A DNA stretch of 64,000 nt from Vulcanimicrobiota bacterium. Its GTDB lineage: Bacteria; Vulcanimicrobiota; Vulcanimicrobiia; Vulcanimicrobiales; Vulcanimicrobiaceae. Shown here piece after piece: positions 29,987 through 39,663 of this stretch. A program made the translations under genes and the position numbers. Numbering within the stretch: position 1 is the stretch's first letter; every line of letters begins with the position of its first letter. The notes under the pieces are model-generated. The model was not told the DNA's origin and made no database searches. It saw nothing but the letters and a program-made list of their open reading frames with translations. The stretch spans positions 2,464,001-2,528,000 of the forward strand of contig CAVTCS010000003.1 of NCBI GenBank assembly GCA_963733295.1, in the 5' to 3' direction.

Positions 29987-31096
29987 TTAGGCCGCGCTTT
30001 CTTCCGATTCGGACTTGGCCAAATCGCTGGCGCCGACGTCGACGTGAAAGCGTCCCACGCGCGTGTCGGCCATTCCGTAGTAAACGTCGTACGAACGGGC
30101 ACCGTCGCCCGGCGGCACGTCGAGGCCGGTCGGAAAGACGACGTTGCTCACGACACCCTGACGTTCGTATGGCGTTTCGGGCGACAGGAGAGGCTCCGGC
30201 GAACGATACAGCACGCAATCGGGCCGGTCGGCGTCGTGGATCACGAGCCCGGCACTATAACGCATGCCACAAAACTGTCCGGCGTCGTCGTACTGTCCGT
30301 CGACGCCGTGAAAAAACGAGAGCCAGCCTTCGGCGATGCGCACCGGAGGAGTGCCGGCACCGTTCTTGACGCGGCCCCAGCGATGATCGGGGGCGAGCAC
30401 GAGCGTGCTTTCGGCGACCTTGCGAACCGCGGAACGATCGTGCAGTGCCGCTTCGAGCGGCACGTACGCGATCCGCGTGCTCTCGCGATCGCGCGCCGGC
30501 ATCGAAAGAATGATGGGAACAGCTCTGGCACCGTCGACCGCGGAGATGTGCAGCATGGGCCGATGATAGAAGGCGAAGCTCGGCACGCCTTTGGGCGACA
30601 AGACCGGTTCGGGAAAGAACGCGGCGTCTTTGTCGTCCCCGCAGGGCAGCCCCGGCGCCGAGAAATCGGCGAGGCCGAGACGTTCCCAAGCATACCCGTC
30701 GTGCGATTGCGCGAAAGCGATGCGCGGACCGTCCGGTCCGTACGCCGTGTACAACATCAAATAGACGTCCAGCAACGGCACGAACGTCACCCGCGGATCC
30801 TCACACCCGTAACCGCCCGGAGCGTCGCGTAATTCGTACGGCTCGCGCGGCTCGAGCGCGAATCCCGCGCGAGTGTAGCTCGGCGCAGCGGATGTGCCTG
30901 AGACCTCGACGATGCCGATGCGCGAGACGTTTCCGCGCGCGACCATGCGCGGATAGATAAGGAGCTTGCCCTCGCGCGAACGCGTTACGGCAGGATTGAG
31001 TACGCCTTCAGCTTCGGCGGGATCTCCGTTCGGTTCGAGCACGACGCCCAAACGCGTCACGCGTGTATCGACCGAGACAATGGCGCTGCGCTGCAT
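29987..31096 (-). CDS. GH130-like glycosidase/phosphorylase
   Basis: GVLNPA, CEDPRV, DKDA, YHRP, NVVFPTG, YYGMAD. Confidence 0.9.
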   Translation of the reverse strand: MQRSAIVSVDTRVTRLGVVLEPNGDPAEAEGVLNPAVTRSREGKLLIYPRMVARGNVSRIGIVEVSGTSAAPSYTRAGFALEPREPYELRDAPGGYGCEDPRVTFVPLLDVYLMLYTAYGPDGPRIAFAQSHDGYAWERLGLADFSAPGLPCGDDKDAAFFPEPVLSPKGVPSFAFYHRPMLHISAVDGARAVPIILSMPARDRESTRIAYVPLEAALHDRSAVRKVAESTLVLAPDHRWGRVKNGAGTPPVRIAEGWLSFFHGVDGQYDDAGQFCGMRYSAGLVIHDADRPDCVLYRSPEPLLSPETPYERQGVVSNVVFPTGLDVPPGDGARSYDVYYGMADTRVGRFHVDVGASDLAKSESEESAA

Positions 31097-31119
31097 CTCC
31101 CCCCTTGTGCCGGTATGTT

Positions 31120-31557
31120 TTATCGCAAGACGGTCGTCGCGACGGTGGAACCACCGGGCGTGACGACGTCGATGCTCGAGCCTGTTCGGTAAACCGAGTT
31201 GGGCACGATCCAAAGCGTATAGGTGCGGTATTCGGAGGCCGGTTCCCCACCATCCGCCGGTGCGTTCTCAAATGCGACGATGCGCACGCGCTCGGCGTTC
31301 GCCCGAATCGACTCGATCACTTGTCGCCAGCCCGTCTGAGCGTGTGGTCCCATCAAAAGAATGACGCCGAACTCATGGTTGAATTTGACCGCGGCGTGGA
31401 TTCCGAAATCGCCCAGATCGTGGGTGTTGCGAACCACCGCGATCTGATCGCCTCCCAGAACAGTCGTCGTCCCGTGGGCGTAACTCTTTACCCGCACCTC
31501 GCGACAGCCGGCAAGGAGCACCAGAGCGGCTGCCGCCACGGCCACGAGCCTCTTCAT
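31120..31557 (-). CDS. Hypothetical lipoprotein
   Basis: MKRLV..LLAGC lipobox. Confidence 0.75.
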   Translation of the reverse strand: MKRLVAVAAAALVLLAGCREVRVKSYAHGTTTVLGGDQIAVVRNTHDLGDFGIHAAVKFNHEFGVILLMGPHAQTGWRQVIESIRANAERVRIVAFENAPADGGEPASEYRTYTLWIVPNSVYRTGSSIDVVTPGGSTVATTVLR

Positions 31558-31634
31558 GTGGCCGCCGCTTTCGAGGAATGAACGCGTCGGCCTAGCGAAC
31601 CATATGAGACCGCAAAACGGCTGGGAGAGCGAGC

Positions 31635-32339
31635 ATGGTCTTCCTGATCCTGGTCTTCGTCGCCGCTTCGGGGGCGGCCAATCCCGCGCCGGCGATGCCG
31701 GTCGGACCGCTCAAGGAGATCGGGCAAGTCCACGCCTCCGCGAACATGTGCGGCGCACTCGTCGTCCATGCGAATTCCGCGATCTCGGCCGCTCTGCGCG
31801 ACGACCTGCTCATCACACGCACGATCGGACGCATGCGCAGCTCGAACTTGGAAGGTGAAGCGCTGAGCAGACGCCAGGCCATGAACGATTTGGATCGCCT
31901 TGCCGCAGAGCTTCGCGAGACGGAGACGCAGGGCATCGGTGAGGTCAACCGCTTGCGCGACTTGGGTGCCAAAACGGGCGACGCGACGCACAAGGTGGAG
32001 CTCAAGACCTTTGCGGATGCCCTCGGCGGCGCACTCAACCGCCAAGGCAAGATCGCGGACGATCTGAACGGTCTGCTCGCATACCTTGACTACCAGGAGC
32101 TGCGCGGTTCTTCGTTCGGTGACTCGGATAATATGCCGTCGCCTTCCTTGGATGCGAGTGGGTCCGCCGGACAATCGCCCGCGGTCGGCGAACAGCACGG
32201 CGGCAGCTCTTTCGAGCATGCCACCCCGAACGTGCTCTTGATTTCGGCCGCTGCTGACTATCAGGCTCGGATGCCCGAGGTCCAGAAGGACGAGGCCAAA
32301 GCCGCGGATCACAGCGAAGGAGCCGTCTCCGGCTGCTGA
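31635..32339 (+). CDS. Secreted hypothetical helical protein
   Basis: Signal peptide; PLKEIGQV; Cys near both ends. Confidence 0.75.
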   Translation: MVFLILVFVAASGAANPAPAMPVGPLKEIGQVHASANMCGALVVHANSAISAALRDDLLITRTIGRMRSSNLEGEALSRRQAMNDLDRLAAELRETETQGIGEVNRLRDLGAKTGDATHKVELKTFADALGGALNRQGKIADDLNGLLAYLDYQELRGSSFGDSDNMPSPSLDASGSAGQSPAVGEQHGGSSFEHATPNVLLISAAADYQARMPEVQKDEAKAADHSEGAVSGC

Positions 32340-32413
32340 ACTCGGACGCAGCGGTTTCGCCTCCCCGGTAGTCGTTGTCGCCTCCCCCCTCGGCTCTGTA
32401 CACTGGTAACGCT

Positions 32414-33349
32414 TTGAAGTTGTTTCGTGCCCTCGCGGTGACCGGCGTGAGTCTCGCGGTCGCGCTAGTCGTCCTAGGCAGTTGGGTGCGGATCAACGGC
32501 GCCGGGCTGGCATGCCCCGACTGGCCACTTTGCCACGGGAAGCTGATACCGCCCTTAGAAGGCGGCGTCATCCTCGAGTGGCTCCACCGCCTGGTCGCGC
32601 TGCTCGAGGGCTTCGTGCTCGTTGCGGTGCTCGTCGCGGGTTGGCGCGTGCGCAGGGAGATCGCCGGCGTCTGGCCGACGCTCGTGGCCCTCGTGGTCAT
32701 CTTTTTCGTCCAAGTGGGGCTCGGCGGGGCGACCGTCCTGCTCGGCAACAGTCCGCCCTCGGTCATGATCCACTGGGGAACCGCGATGGCGCTCCTCGCG
32801 ACGCTGACCACCCTCGCAGTGCTCGCGATCTTGGCGCCGCAACCGGGAGCACCGCGAGCCGGAGCCGACCCGGTCGCAGTCGGTCTCGGGGTCGCCGCGC
32901 TCTTCGTCTTCGCGACGGCTTGTCTGGGAGCGTACGTCAGCTCGAGCCAAGCCGGGCTCGCCTGCCCGGGAGTCCCCGCGTGTAACGGTACGCTGCTGGG
33001 TACGACAAGCGCACAAGCCTTGCAAATGTTCCATCGCCTGGCGGCAGGCACGGTCGTTCTGGCCGCGCTCGCTGCGGCAGCTGCCGCGCTGCGTAGCCGC
33101 TCGAACGCGGTTCGCACTTTCGCGTGCCTCGGTCTGGCGCTCGTCGCGCTGCAGATCGCGCTCGGCGCGCTCAACGTGCTGTGGGGCTTGCCCGTCGCGC
33201 TGCGTGAAGCGCACGCTGCGAACGCGACGCTGACCTTCCTCGCTTTCGTCATTGCCGCGGTGCTCGAAACGCTCGCACCCGCGCCGGAACTCAAAGCGTT
33301 CGCCGATCGTTCGCAGCGGCGCGCCGTCGGAATTCCACCGGCTCAGTGA
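32414..33349 (+). CDS. ctaA: Heme A synthase (CtaA/Cox15)
   Basis: GLACPDWPLC, EWLHR, second GLACPGVPAC and MFHR; adjacent to cyoE. Confidence 0.92.
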   Translation: MKLFRALAVTGVSLAVALVVLGSWVRINGAGLACPDWPLCHGKLIPPLEGGVILEWLHRLVALLEGFVLVAVLVAGWRVRREIAGVWPTLVALVVIFFVQVGLGGATVLLGNSPPSVMIHWGTAMALLATLTTLAVLAILAPQPGAPRAGADPVAVGLGVAALFVFATACLGAYVSSSQAGLACPGVPACNGTLLGTTSAQALQMFHRLAAGTVVLAALAAAAAALRSRSNAVRTFACLGLALVALQIALGALNVLWGLPVALREAHAANATLTFLAFVIAAVLETLAPAPELKAFADRSQRRAVGIPPAQ

Positions 33350-34263
33350 GTTCGACGCTTTCGCGCCTCGACGGCAGCGTTCAGAGGCTCGCGACCGGTT
33401 GGCGCGGATTTCTCAGCGACTACTACGAGCTGACGAAGCCGCGCATCATCTACTTGCTCTTGATCACCACGCTGGCAGCGATGATCATGGCGGCGCGAGG
33501 CGTCCCCCCGCTCGGCTTGACGCTCCTGACGTTGCTCGGCGGCGCGCTCGCCGCCGGTTCGGCGGGAGCGTTCAATTGCGTGATCGATCGCGATATCGAT
33601 CGCATCATGACGCGCACGATGTTCCGGCCCGTGGCGACCGGACGAATCGCGCCGCTTGCGGCGCTCGTCTTCGCGACGATCACCGGCATCCTCGCCTTCG
33701 TGCTCTTTTACTTTTTCGTGAACCCGTTGGCGGCATGGTTCGCGCTCGCCGGCAACCTCTTCTACGTCTTCGTCTACACGCTCTGGCTCAAGCGCGCGAC
33801 CGCGCTCAACATCGTGATCGGTGGCGCGGCCGGGGCCGTTCCGCCGCTCGTCGGCTGGGCCGCCGTAACGCATACCGTGGGTGGTCCCGCCCTCGGTTTG
33901 TTCGCACTGATCTTCCTGTGGACGCCGCCGCACTTTTGGGCGCTCGCACTCATGACGAACACCGACTACGAGAAAGCCGGCGTGCCGATGCTACCGAACG
34001 TGCGCGGCGTCGCCTGGACGAAGCACGAGATCTTCGCGTACAGCGCCGTGATGGTCGGTGCTTCGCTCGCGCTGACACCGCTCGGCATCATGGGAGTTTG
34101 GTATTTCGTTCCCGCGCTCGTGTTGGGCACGATCTTTATGGTCGACGCGTGGAAGCTGTTCCGGGGTCCGGTCAAACCCCGCGCTCGCGCACTCTTCAAA
34201 TTCTCTCTGGTGTATCTTGCCCTGATGTGCGCGGCGATGGTGCTCGACCGCGTCCTCGGCTAA
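33346..34263 (+). CDS. cyoE: Heme O synthase (protoheme IX farnesyltransferase)
   Basis: LTKPRI, DRDID..M.RT..RP, YTLWLKR, WTPPHFWAL. Confidence 0.97.
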   Translation: MSSTLSRLDGSVQRLATGWRGFLSDYYELTKPRIIYLLLITTLAAMIMAARGVPPLGLTLLTLLGGALAAGSAGAFNCVIDRDIDRIMTRTMFRPVATGRIAPLAALVFATITGILAFVLFYFFVNPLAAWFALAGNLFYVFVYTLWLKRATALNIVIGGAAGAVPPLVGWAAVTHTVGGPALGLFALIFLWTPPHFWALALMTNTDYEKAGVPMLPNVRGVAWTKHEIFAYSAVMVGASLALTPLGIMGVWYFVPALVLGTIFMVDAWKLFRGPVKPRARALFKFSLVYLALMCAAMVLDRVLG

Positions 34264-34266
34264 ACA

Positions 34267-35691
34267 TTGACGACGGGAGCGTCCGCGCAGAACTCCGGCG
34301 CGCCGCGAACGTCGCTTGCGGGACACAGCTTCGACCGCTCGAACCTGCCGCTGCTCTTGACGCTCGCGCTCGGCGTGTTCGCCGGGGCCCTCGATCTCGG
34401 CGTCCTCTCGCCGGCGCTTCCGGCGATCGCGCATACCTTCGCGGTTGCCCCGCGCGACGTCGCGTGGGTCTTCACGCTGTACCTCTTTGCCAACGTCATC
34501 GCCATTCCGGTCATGTCGAAGCTTTCCGACAGCTACGGCCGGCGACCGATCTACGTTCTCTGCGTCTCGATCTTCGGACTCGGCAGCCTGCTCGCAATCG
34601 TCGCGCCGAGCTTCGAAATATTCTTGGTGGCGCGCGCCATTCAAGCGATCGGCGCGGGCGGAATCTTTCCGGTCGCGACCGCCGCGATCGCCGACCGCGT
34701 TCCGGTCGAGCGGCGCGGTTCGGCCCTCGGCCTGCTCGGAGCGATCTGGGGTCTGGCCGCGATCTTAGGGCCGAATCTGGGCGGCGTGCTCACCCACTTC
34801 TTTTCCTGGCACTGGATCTTCGCGGCGAACGTTCCGCTCGCGCTGGCCGTCATCGTGCTCGCGCAACGGAATTTGCCGGGGCCGGCAGCTCACCGGCGCG
34901 GTCCGCTCGACCTCGCCGGCATCGTCGTCTTGGCGATCGGCTTGCTGGGCACCATGATCGGCTTGACGCGGCTCGACGTGCACTCCGCGCGCTTCGGAAA
35001 CGGCATCGTGTTCGGCGCGCTGGCCGTCGCGCTGATCGCGTTTCTGGCCCTCGTTCCGATCGAGCGGCGCGCGCAGGAGCCGGTCATCGCACCCCGCCTG
35101 TTCGCGGGACGTCAGCTGAGCGTGACGTACGCGCTCGAGGTGTTGATCGGCTTGCTCGAAGGCGCGCTCTTCTTCATTCCGGCCGCTCTGGTCGCGGCTG
35201 CGGGATTGAACTACGCGGAGGCCGGCGCGATTTCGGCGATCGGCGCGCTGATGTTCGTAACGGTCATCCCGCTGGCGGGCCGCGCGCTCGACGCGTTCGG
35301 GAGCCGGGCGGTGCTCCTGAGCGGAGCCGTGCTCAGCGCGGCCGGGCTCGGACTCTTCGGCGTAACGCTGGCCTACCTGCCGGCGGCAATCTTCTCCATC
35401 GCACTCGCCGGCGTCGGATTCGGCGCGCTCCTGGGTGCGCCGACGCGCTACATCATCACGAACGAAGTCCCAAGCTCGATGCGCGCGACGGGTGTCGGCC
35501 TCCTGAGCGTCTTTCTGATCATCGGACAAATCTTCGGCGCTTCGCTTGCCGGCGGAATCGTCGGCACGAACATCGATGACGCGACCGGCTACCGCGACGC
35601 CTACCTGGCGTTCGCCGCCGTCGCGGTGCTCGCCGCGTTCTGTACGCTGGCGCTCCTCCCGCGCACTCGCGAACGCACCGCCGCGCGGTAA
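34267..35691 (+). CDS. MFS transporter (DHA2-like)
   Basis: KLSDSYGRR motif A, RAIQAIG, WHWIF..NVP. Confidence 0.92.
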   Translation: MTTGASAQNSGAPRTSLAGHSFDRSNLPLLLTLALGVFAGALDLGVLSPALPAIAHTFAVAPRDVAWVFTLYLFANVIAIPVMSKLSDSYGRRPIYVLCVSIFGLGSLLAIVAPSFEIFLVARAIQAIGAGGIFPVATAAIADRVPVERRGSALGLLGAIWGLAAILGPNLGGVLTHFFSWHWIFAANVPLALAVIVLAQRNLPGPAAHRRGPLDLAGIVVLAIGLLGTMIGLTRLDVHSARFGNGIVFGALAVALIAFLALVPIERRAQEPVIAPRLFAGRQLSVTYALEVLIGLLEGALFFIPAALVAAAGLNYAEAGAISAIGALMFVTVIPLAGRALDAFGSRAVLLSGAVLSAAGLGLFGVTLAYLPAAIFSIALAGVGFGALLGAPTRYIITNEVPSSMRATGVGLLSVFLIIGQIFGASLAGGIVGTNIDDATGYRDAYLAFAAVAVLAAFCTLALLPRTRERTAAR

Positions 35692-35714
35692 CTCCGGCCG
35701 AGCGCGCTGCTAGG

Positions 35715-36332
35715 ATGGCGACCCGGCGCGCCGAACCGACGGTGATGCCGCTCTACGCGAGAGAGTGCGAGCTGAGGCTCGCCCGTCGGCCCTGGACCAA
35801 ATCCGAGCGTCAGGTGGTACTGCACGGCTTCTTCGGACGCTCGCTCTTCGCGATCGAGCCGATCGTCTGCTTCGTCGTGTTCGCCGCGCTCACCGCAGGT
35901 CTCGTTTTCTTCCCGCTCTCGCCCGATGCTCGCTTGACGCGGTGGGAGGCGTCCATCGTCATCGCGCCCGTCTTCGGATTTGTGGCAGGTTGCTTTTTGA
36001 TCTACGCGGTCGCGGTGATGATCGCGCCCGTGCGCGCGCTCGCGCAAACGTTTTCGCCGATCTTCGTCGTCGACGGATACGTGCGTCATCGCAGACCCGA
36101 TCGCAATTCCGCCTTCGACTCGAACGGCTACGTGGCGGTGCTCAACGAAGAACGTCAAACGATCGCCGAGTGGCCGAGCATCGGTGAAGCCGCGATGCAC
36201 GACGCGGTGCGCCCTGCAATGGTCGAGTTCAGTTTCTTCGCCGGAATCCACAAGATCGACGGAAAGTCGACCGGCGTCATCCCCGAAGCGTATCCGCGTC
36301 CACTCGGAGGCAGCTACGCTCCACGGCGCTAG
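35715..36332 (+). CDS. Hypothetical membrane protein
   Basis: Two hydrophobic helices plus a soluble tail. Confidence 0.75.
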   Translation: MATRRAEPTVMPLYARECELRLARRPWTKSERQVVLHGFFGRSLFAIEPIVCFVVFAALTAGLVFFPLSPDARLTRWEASIVIAPVFGFVAGCFLIYAVAVMIAPVRALAQTFSPIFVVDGYVRHRRPDRNSAFDSNGYVAVLNEERQTIAEWPSIGEAAMHDAVRPAMVEFSFFAGIHKIDGKSTGVIPEAYPRPLGGSYAPRR

Positions 36333-37006
36333 TGTCGCGCCGCAGAGGCCTGCACGAAGCGACGCACCAACGAGTCGACGTTCGTAATCGCGGTCCCCAC
36401 GACGACCGCTGCTGCGCCGGCAGAAAAGGCCTCGCGCACGTGGGCCGGAGCGGCGACGCCGCCCTCGCAGACCGCGAACGGGGAAAGGACCGCAAGCTGC
36501 GCGAGAAGATCGAGCGCAGGCAAAGCGTGCCCGCGGGTTTCCTCGGTGTAGCCCGCCAGCGTCGTCGCGAGCGCGTCGGCGCCGGCGGCGGCGGCGCGCT
36601 TTCCATCCTCCGGCGTCGCGCAATCGGCCAACGCCAGCGCTCCGGCGCGATGTGCCTCCGCGACGAGTTGCTCGACGCTCGCGGCGCCTTCGCGTGCGCG
36701 GCCGGTCGCGTCGAAAGCGATGAGCTCCGCGCCCGCAGCCGCGATGGCGCGAATGTCATCGAGACCGGGAGTGATGTAGACCGGCAAATCCGAGTGGGCG
36801 CGCTTGACCAGACCCACGATCGGGACGTCGACCGCCGCGCGCACCGCGCGGATTCGCTCGAGACCCTCGATCCGCACGCCCGCGGCGCCGTTCTGCACGG
36901 CGCAACGGGCTAAGAGCGCGATCGTCTGGGGCGTGTTGAGGACCGAATTCGGCTCGGCTTGAACCGAGACGATCAAGCCGCCGCGCAGGCGCGCTAAGAG
37001 GCTCAC
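36329..37006 (-). CDS. nanE: N-acetylmannosamine-6-phosphate 2-epimerase
   Basis: GLIVSVQA, VPIVGLVK, VYITP, TTLAGYT, VVGTAIT; GTGA overlap. Confidence 0.93.
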   Translation of the reverse strand: MSLLARLRGGLIVSVQAEPNSVLNTPQTIALLARCAVQNGAAGVRIEGLERIRAVRAAVDVPIVGLVKRAHSDLPVYITPGLDDIRAIAAAGAELIAFDATGRAREGAASVEQLVAEAHRAGALALADCATPEDGKRAAAAGADALATTLAGYTEETRGHALPALDLLAQLAVLSPFAVCEGGVAAPAHVREAFSAGAAAVVVGTAITNVDSLVRRFVQASAARH

Positions 37007-37917
37007 GGCGCGCGCTCGCGCAGCGCGGGAGCGATTCCGGCAGCGCGGTACGCCAGGCGCAACGCGCCCAGCGCGGCGTCGTCGCGCGCTTCGACGACCG
37101 TCGCCTCCGGCAACGCGGCTTCGAGCTTGCGCGACCACGTTCGGCGCAGCGCTTCGCTCGCGGCGAAGAGGCCGCCGGCGCCGCACACCGCCCAGCGCTC
37201 CCCGCCCAAACGGTGCGCGACGAGAGCGGCCAGCTCGGCGAGCTCTTCCGCGGCCCTTTCGAGCAGGGAGACATCTTCGAGTGCCAGCGGCGCGAGCGCC
37301 GCAATCTGCGGGCGCACGATTTCGCCGTGAGCGAAGGCGTGTTGCACCGCGCGCAGCGTCGAGCGCTTCAGCTCGGCCAAGATCGCCTCGCGGCGCCGGT
37401 CATCGAGAGCGCCGGCATCTTCCGCGCGCATCGCTTTGCTCAGCGCATGCCGCCCGAGCCAGAATGCGCTGCCTTCGTCTCCCAAGAGAAAGCCCCAACC
37501 ACCGACTCGCAGTCGCGTACCGTCCGGCGCAACGCCGTAGGCGACGCTCCCCGTACCCGCGATGACGACGATGCCCGGGCCGCCGTCGAACGCAGCCGCG
37601 TGCGCCGCGAGCGTATCGTGGACGAAACCCAGCGCGCCGGCAGCGAGGTTCAGCGCCGGCGCGTTCGATTCGCCTTCGTCGTATCCGCTGAGCGCCGCAA
37701 CGACCGACGCGAAGGACGTCCCGGCGGGCAAGCCCGCGCGCGCCAGCGCACCGGCCAGCAACCCCTCGAGGACGCCGGCTTGACGGCGTGACGCGCGGGC
37801 TTCGCCGACGAGATCGGCGGGAGGCCCCGTGACGCGCGCCAGCACGGTACCGCTTTCATCGCCGAGAACCGCGCTACTCGACGTCTGGCCGCCGTCGATC
37901 CCGGCGAAAACGTTCAC
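37003..37917 (-). CDS. BadF/BadG/BcrA/BcrD-type amino-sugar kinase
   Basis: GIDGGQT, IAGTGS, GGWGFLLGDEGS. Confidence 0.92.
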   Translation of the reverse strand: MNVFAGIDGGQTSSSAVLGDESGTVLARVTGPPADLVGEARASRRQAGVLEGLLAGALARAGLPAGTSFASVVAALSGYDEGESNAPALNLAAGALGFVHDTLAAHAAAFDGGPGIVVIAGTGSVAYGVAPDGTRLRVGGWGFLLGDEGSAFWLGRHALSKAMRAEDAGALDDRRREAILAELKRSTLRAVQHAFAHGEIVRPQIAALAPLALEDVSLLERAAEELAELAALVAHRLGGERWAVCGAGGLFAASEALRRTWSRKLEAALPEATVVEARDDAALGALRLAYRAAGIAPALRERAP

Positions 37918-38192
37918 GCGCGCAGCGCGTCTTCGAAATAGGCTCGATCGACGCCCGTTTCGGCCCGCGCGAACTCGTGCGCTTCCGTTTCGCCACAGGC
38001 AGGATGTCCGGCATGGAAGCGCTCGTGAGCCAACGCGTACGCGACGAAGCGTTCGGCCGCGGCCTCGCCCAAACGCGCCCGAACGAACTCGTACGCCGCG
38101 GCGTCGACGCGAATCGCCGCGCTTTCGGGATCGAACTCGGCGAGGAGCCGCGCGCTACCCCATTTGCCGAGATTCGCCAATTCGAGGTTCAC
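37914..38192 (-). CDS. Small HExxH protein (92 aa, zincin-like)
   Basis: GTGA overlaps on both sides; AHERFH..E.EAHEFA. Confidence 0.75.
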   Translation of the reverse strand: MNLELANLGKWGSARLLAEFDPESAAIRVDAAAYEFVRARLGEAAAERFVAYALAHERFHAGHPACGETEAHEFARAETGVDRAYFEDALRA

Positions 38193-39586
38193 GTCGCAGC
38201 AGCCGCGTTGCGGCGCAGATCGACACCGTCGCGTTCGAGCTGCACGCGCAGTTCGCCGGCGTCGACGTCGCGCGGAGGTACGCCGTCGCGCACCGCGAGT
38301 GCGGCTGCGGTTCCTGCCGCTTGCCCGAGAGTCATCACGGTCGGCGTCAAGCGAGTCGAAGCGAGGGCCTCGTGCGTCGTGGAGATGCAACGCCCGGCCA
38401 CTAGCAAACCGTCGACGCGTTCGGGGACGAGGCAGCGGTAAGGAATCTCGTACGCCGTGCCGGGCGCCAAACGAAAGGTCGTCGTGCCGCTTCCGGAAGG
38501 GTTGTGGATGTCGATCGGATAGGCGCTACGGGCCACCGCATCTTCGAAGGTGCGAGCCGAGAGCACGTCGTCGCGCGTCAGCGTATAGGCGCCCACGATG
38601 CGGCGCGATTCGCGAATGCCGATTTGCGTTGCCGTGGCGGCGATCCGCGCCCGCTCGAAGCCCGGCACGTTGCGCCGGAAAAACTCGAAGAGCTGCGTGA
38701 CCTGCGCGCGCGCAGCGACTTCGGCGCGCGTGAGGTCGTCGGGATCCAGCGGATCGATGCCGACCACGCGCGTCATGTTGACGGTCACTTCGTCCGCATA
38801 CGGTGAGATGAAGAACGAAACGAGTTCGCGCGGCACGTCGACTTCGCCGCGCTCGCGGGCGGCGTCCCAAAGCTCGTACAGTCCCGCTACCGCACTCAGC
38901 GCAGCGGCGTTGCGTTCCTGCGGCGCCAAGCTCGTACGCATCTCGGCGGGATGCGCGCGCACGTAAGCCGCGGTCGCATCCAAGTCCACGTGGCTGAGAC
39001 GGAACATCAGGCTGGCCGGCTGCACGCGGCCGCGCTCGTCGCCTTGCTGCAGCGCGACGCCGGCCGAAGCGGCGACGAACGCGTCCGCCGTCGCGTCGAT
39101 CGTCAAGGCCGCCGCATACTCGCGAATACCGCCGACGGTGGCGAAGCGGGAGACGCGAACGCTGCCGTCGGGCGCGCAGCCGGCTTCGAGAAAGTACGCG
39201 TGCAACAACAGATCGACGCCCGCTTCGTCCATCATTTCGAAGAGCAGCGCTTTGTGCGCTTCGGGGTCGAACGGCGTGATCGTCGCGACGTAGTCGGAAG
39301 CGTCGCGGATGTGCCCGGGCGAAGCGCCACGCGCGACCAGCCGCTCGACCATCTCTTGTGCGATGCCGCCCACGATGCGCTCGCCGCCCGAGTGGAACGT
39401 CATCCAGGGACCGACCATCGCCGCGGTTGCGGTTCCGCCCAAGAAGCCGTAACGCTCGACCAGCAGCGTGCGAGCACCGTGGCGCGCAGCGGCCAGCGCC
39501 GCCGCACAGCCCGCATTGCCTCCACCCGCAACCAGCACGTCGTACGGCTCGCGCGCCACGCTGCTCGTCTTCCGATCGATCGGCAC
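38189..39586 (-). CDS. FAD-dependent oxidoreductase (FAD_oxidored family)
   Basis: GGGNAG, LGGTAT, IDATAD, GIRESRRI, YEIPYRCL, LGQAAG. Confidence 0.92.
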   Translation of the reverse strand: MPIDRKTSSVAREPYDVLVAGGGNAGCAAALAAARHGARTLLVERYGFLGGTATAAMVGPWMTFHSGGERIVGGIAQEMVERLVARGASPGHIRDASDYVATITPFDPEAHKALLFEMMDEAGVDLLLHAYFLEAGCAPDGSVRVSRFATVGGIREYAAALTIDATADAFVAASAGVALQQGDERGRVQPASLMFRLSHVDLDATAAYVRAHPAEMRTSLAPQERNAAALSAVAGLYELWDAARERGEVDVPRELVSFFISPYADEVTVNMTRVVGIDPLDPDDLTRAEVAARAQVTQLFEFFRRNVPGFERARIAATATQIGIRESRRIVGAYTLTRDDVLSARTFEDAVARSAYPIDIHNPSGSGTTTFRLAPGTAYEIPYRCLVPERVDGLLVAGRCISTTHEALASTRLTPTVMTLGQAAGTAAALAVRDGVPPRDVDAGELRVQLERDGVDLRRNAAAAT

Positions 39587-39645
39587 GCTTGACCGTTCGG
39601 CGCCCGCGCCGTTCAGGCATCGAAGGGAGGCGCCCGGCCGGAGTC

Positions 39646-39663
39646 ATCGAACGTATGTTCGAT
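39646..39663. promoter_or_regulatory. LexA (SOS) box, Gram-positive type
   Basis: ATCGAAC-GTAT-GTTCGAT matches CGAAC-N4-GTTCG and abuts the radical SAM ATG. Confidence 0.85.

Noticed and set aside
32414..33349. Internal duplication in ctaA
   Set aside because: Known two-fold architecture of heme A synthase
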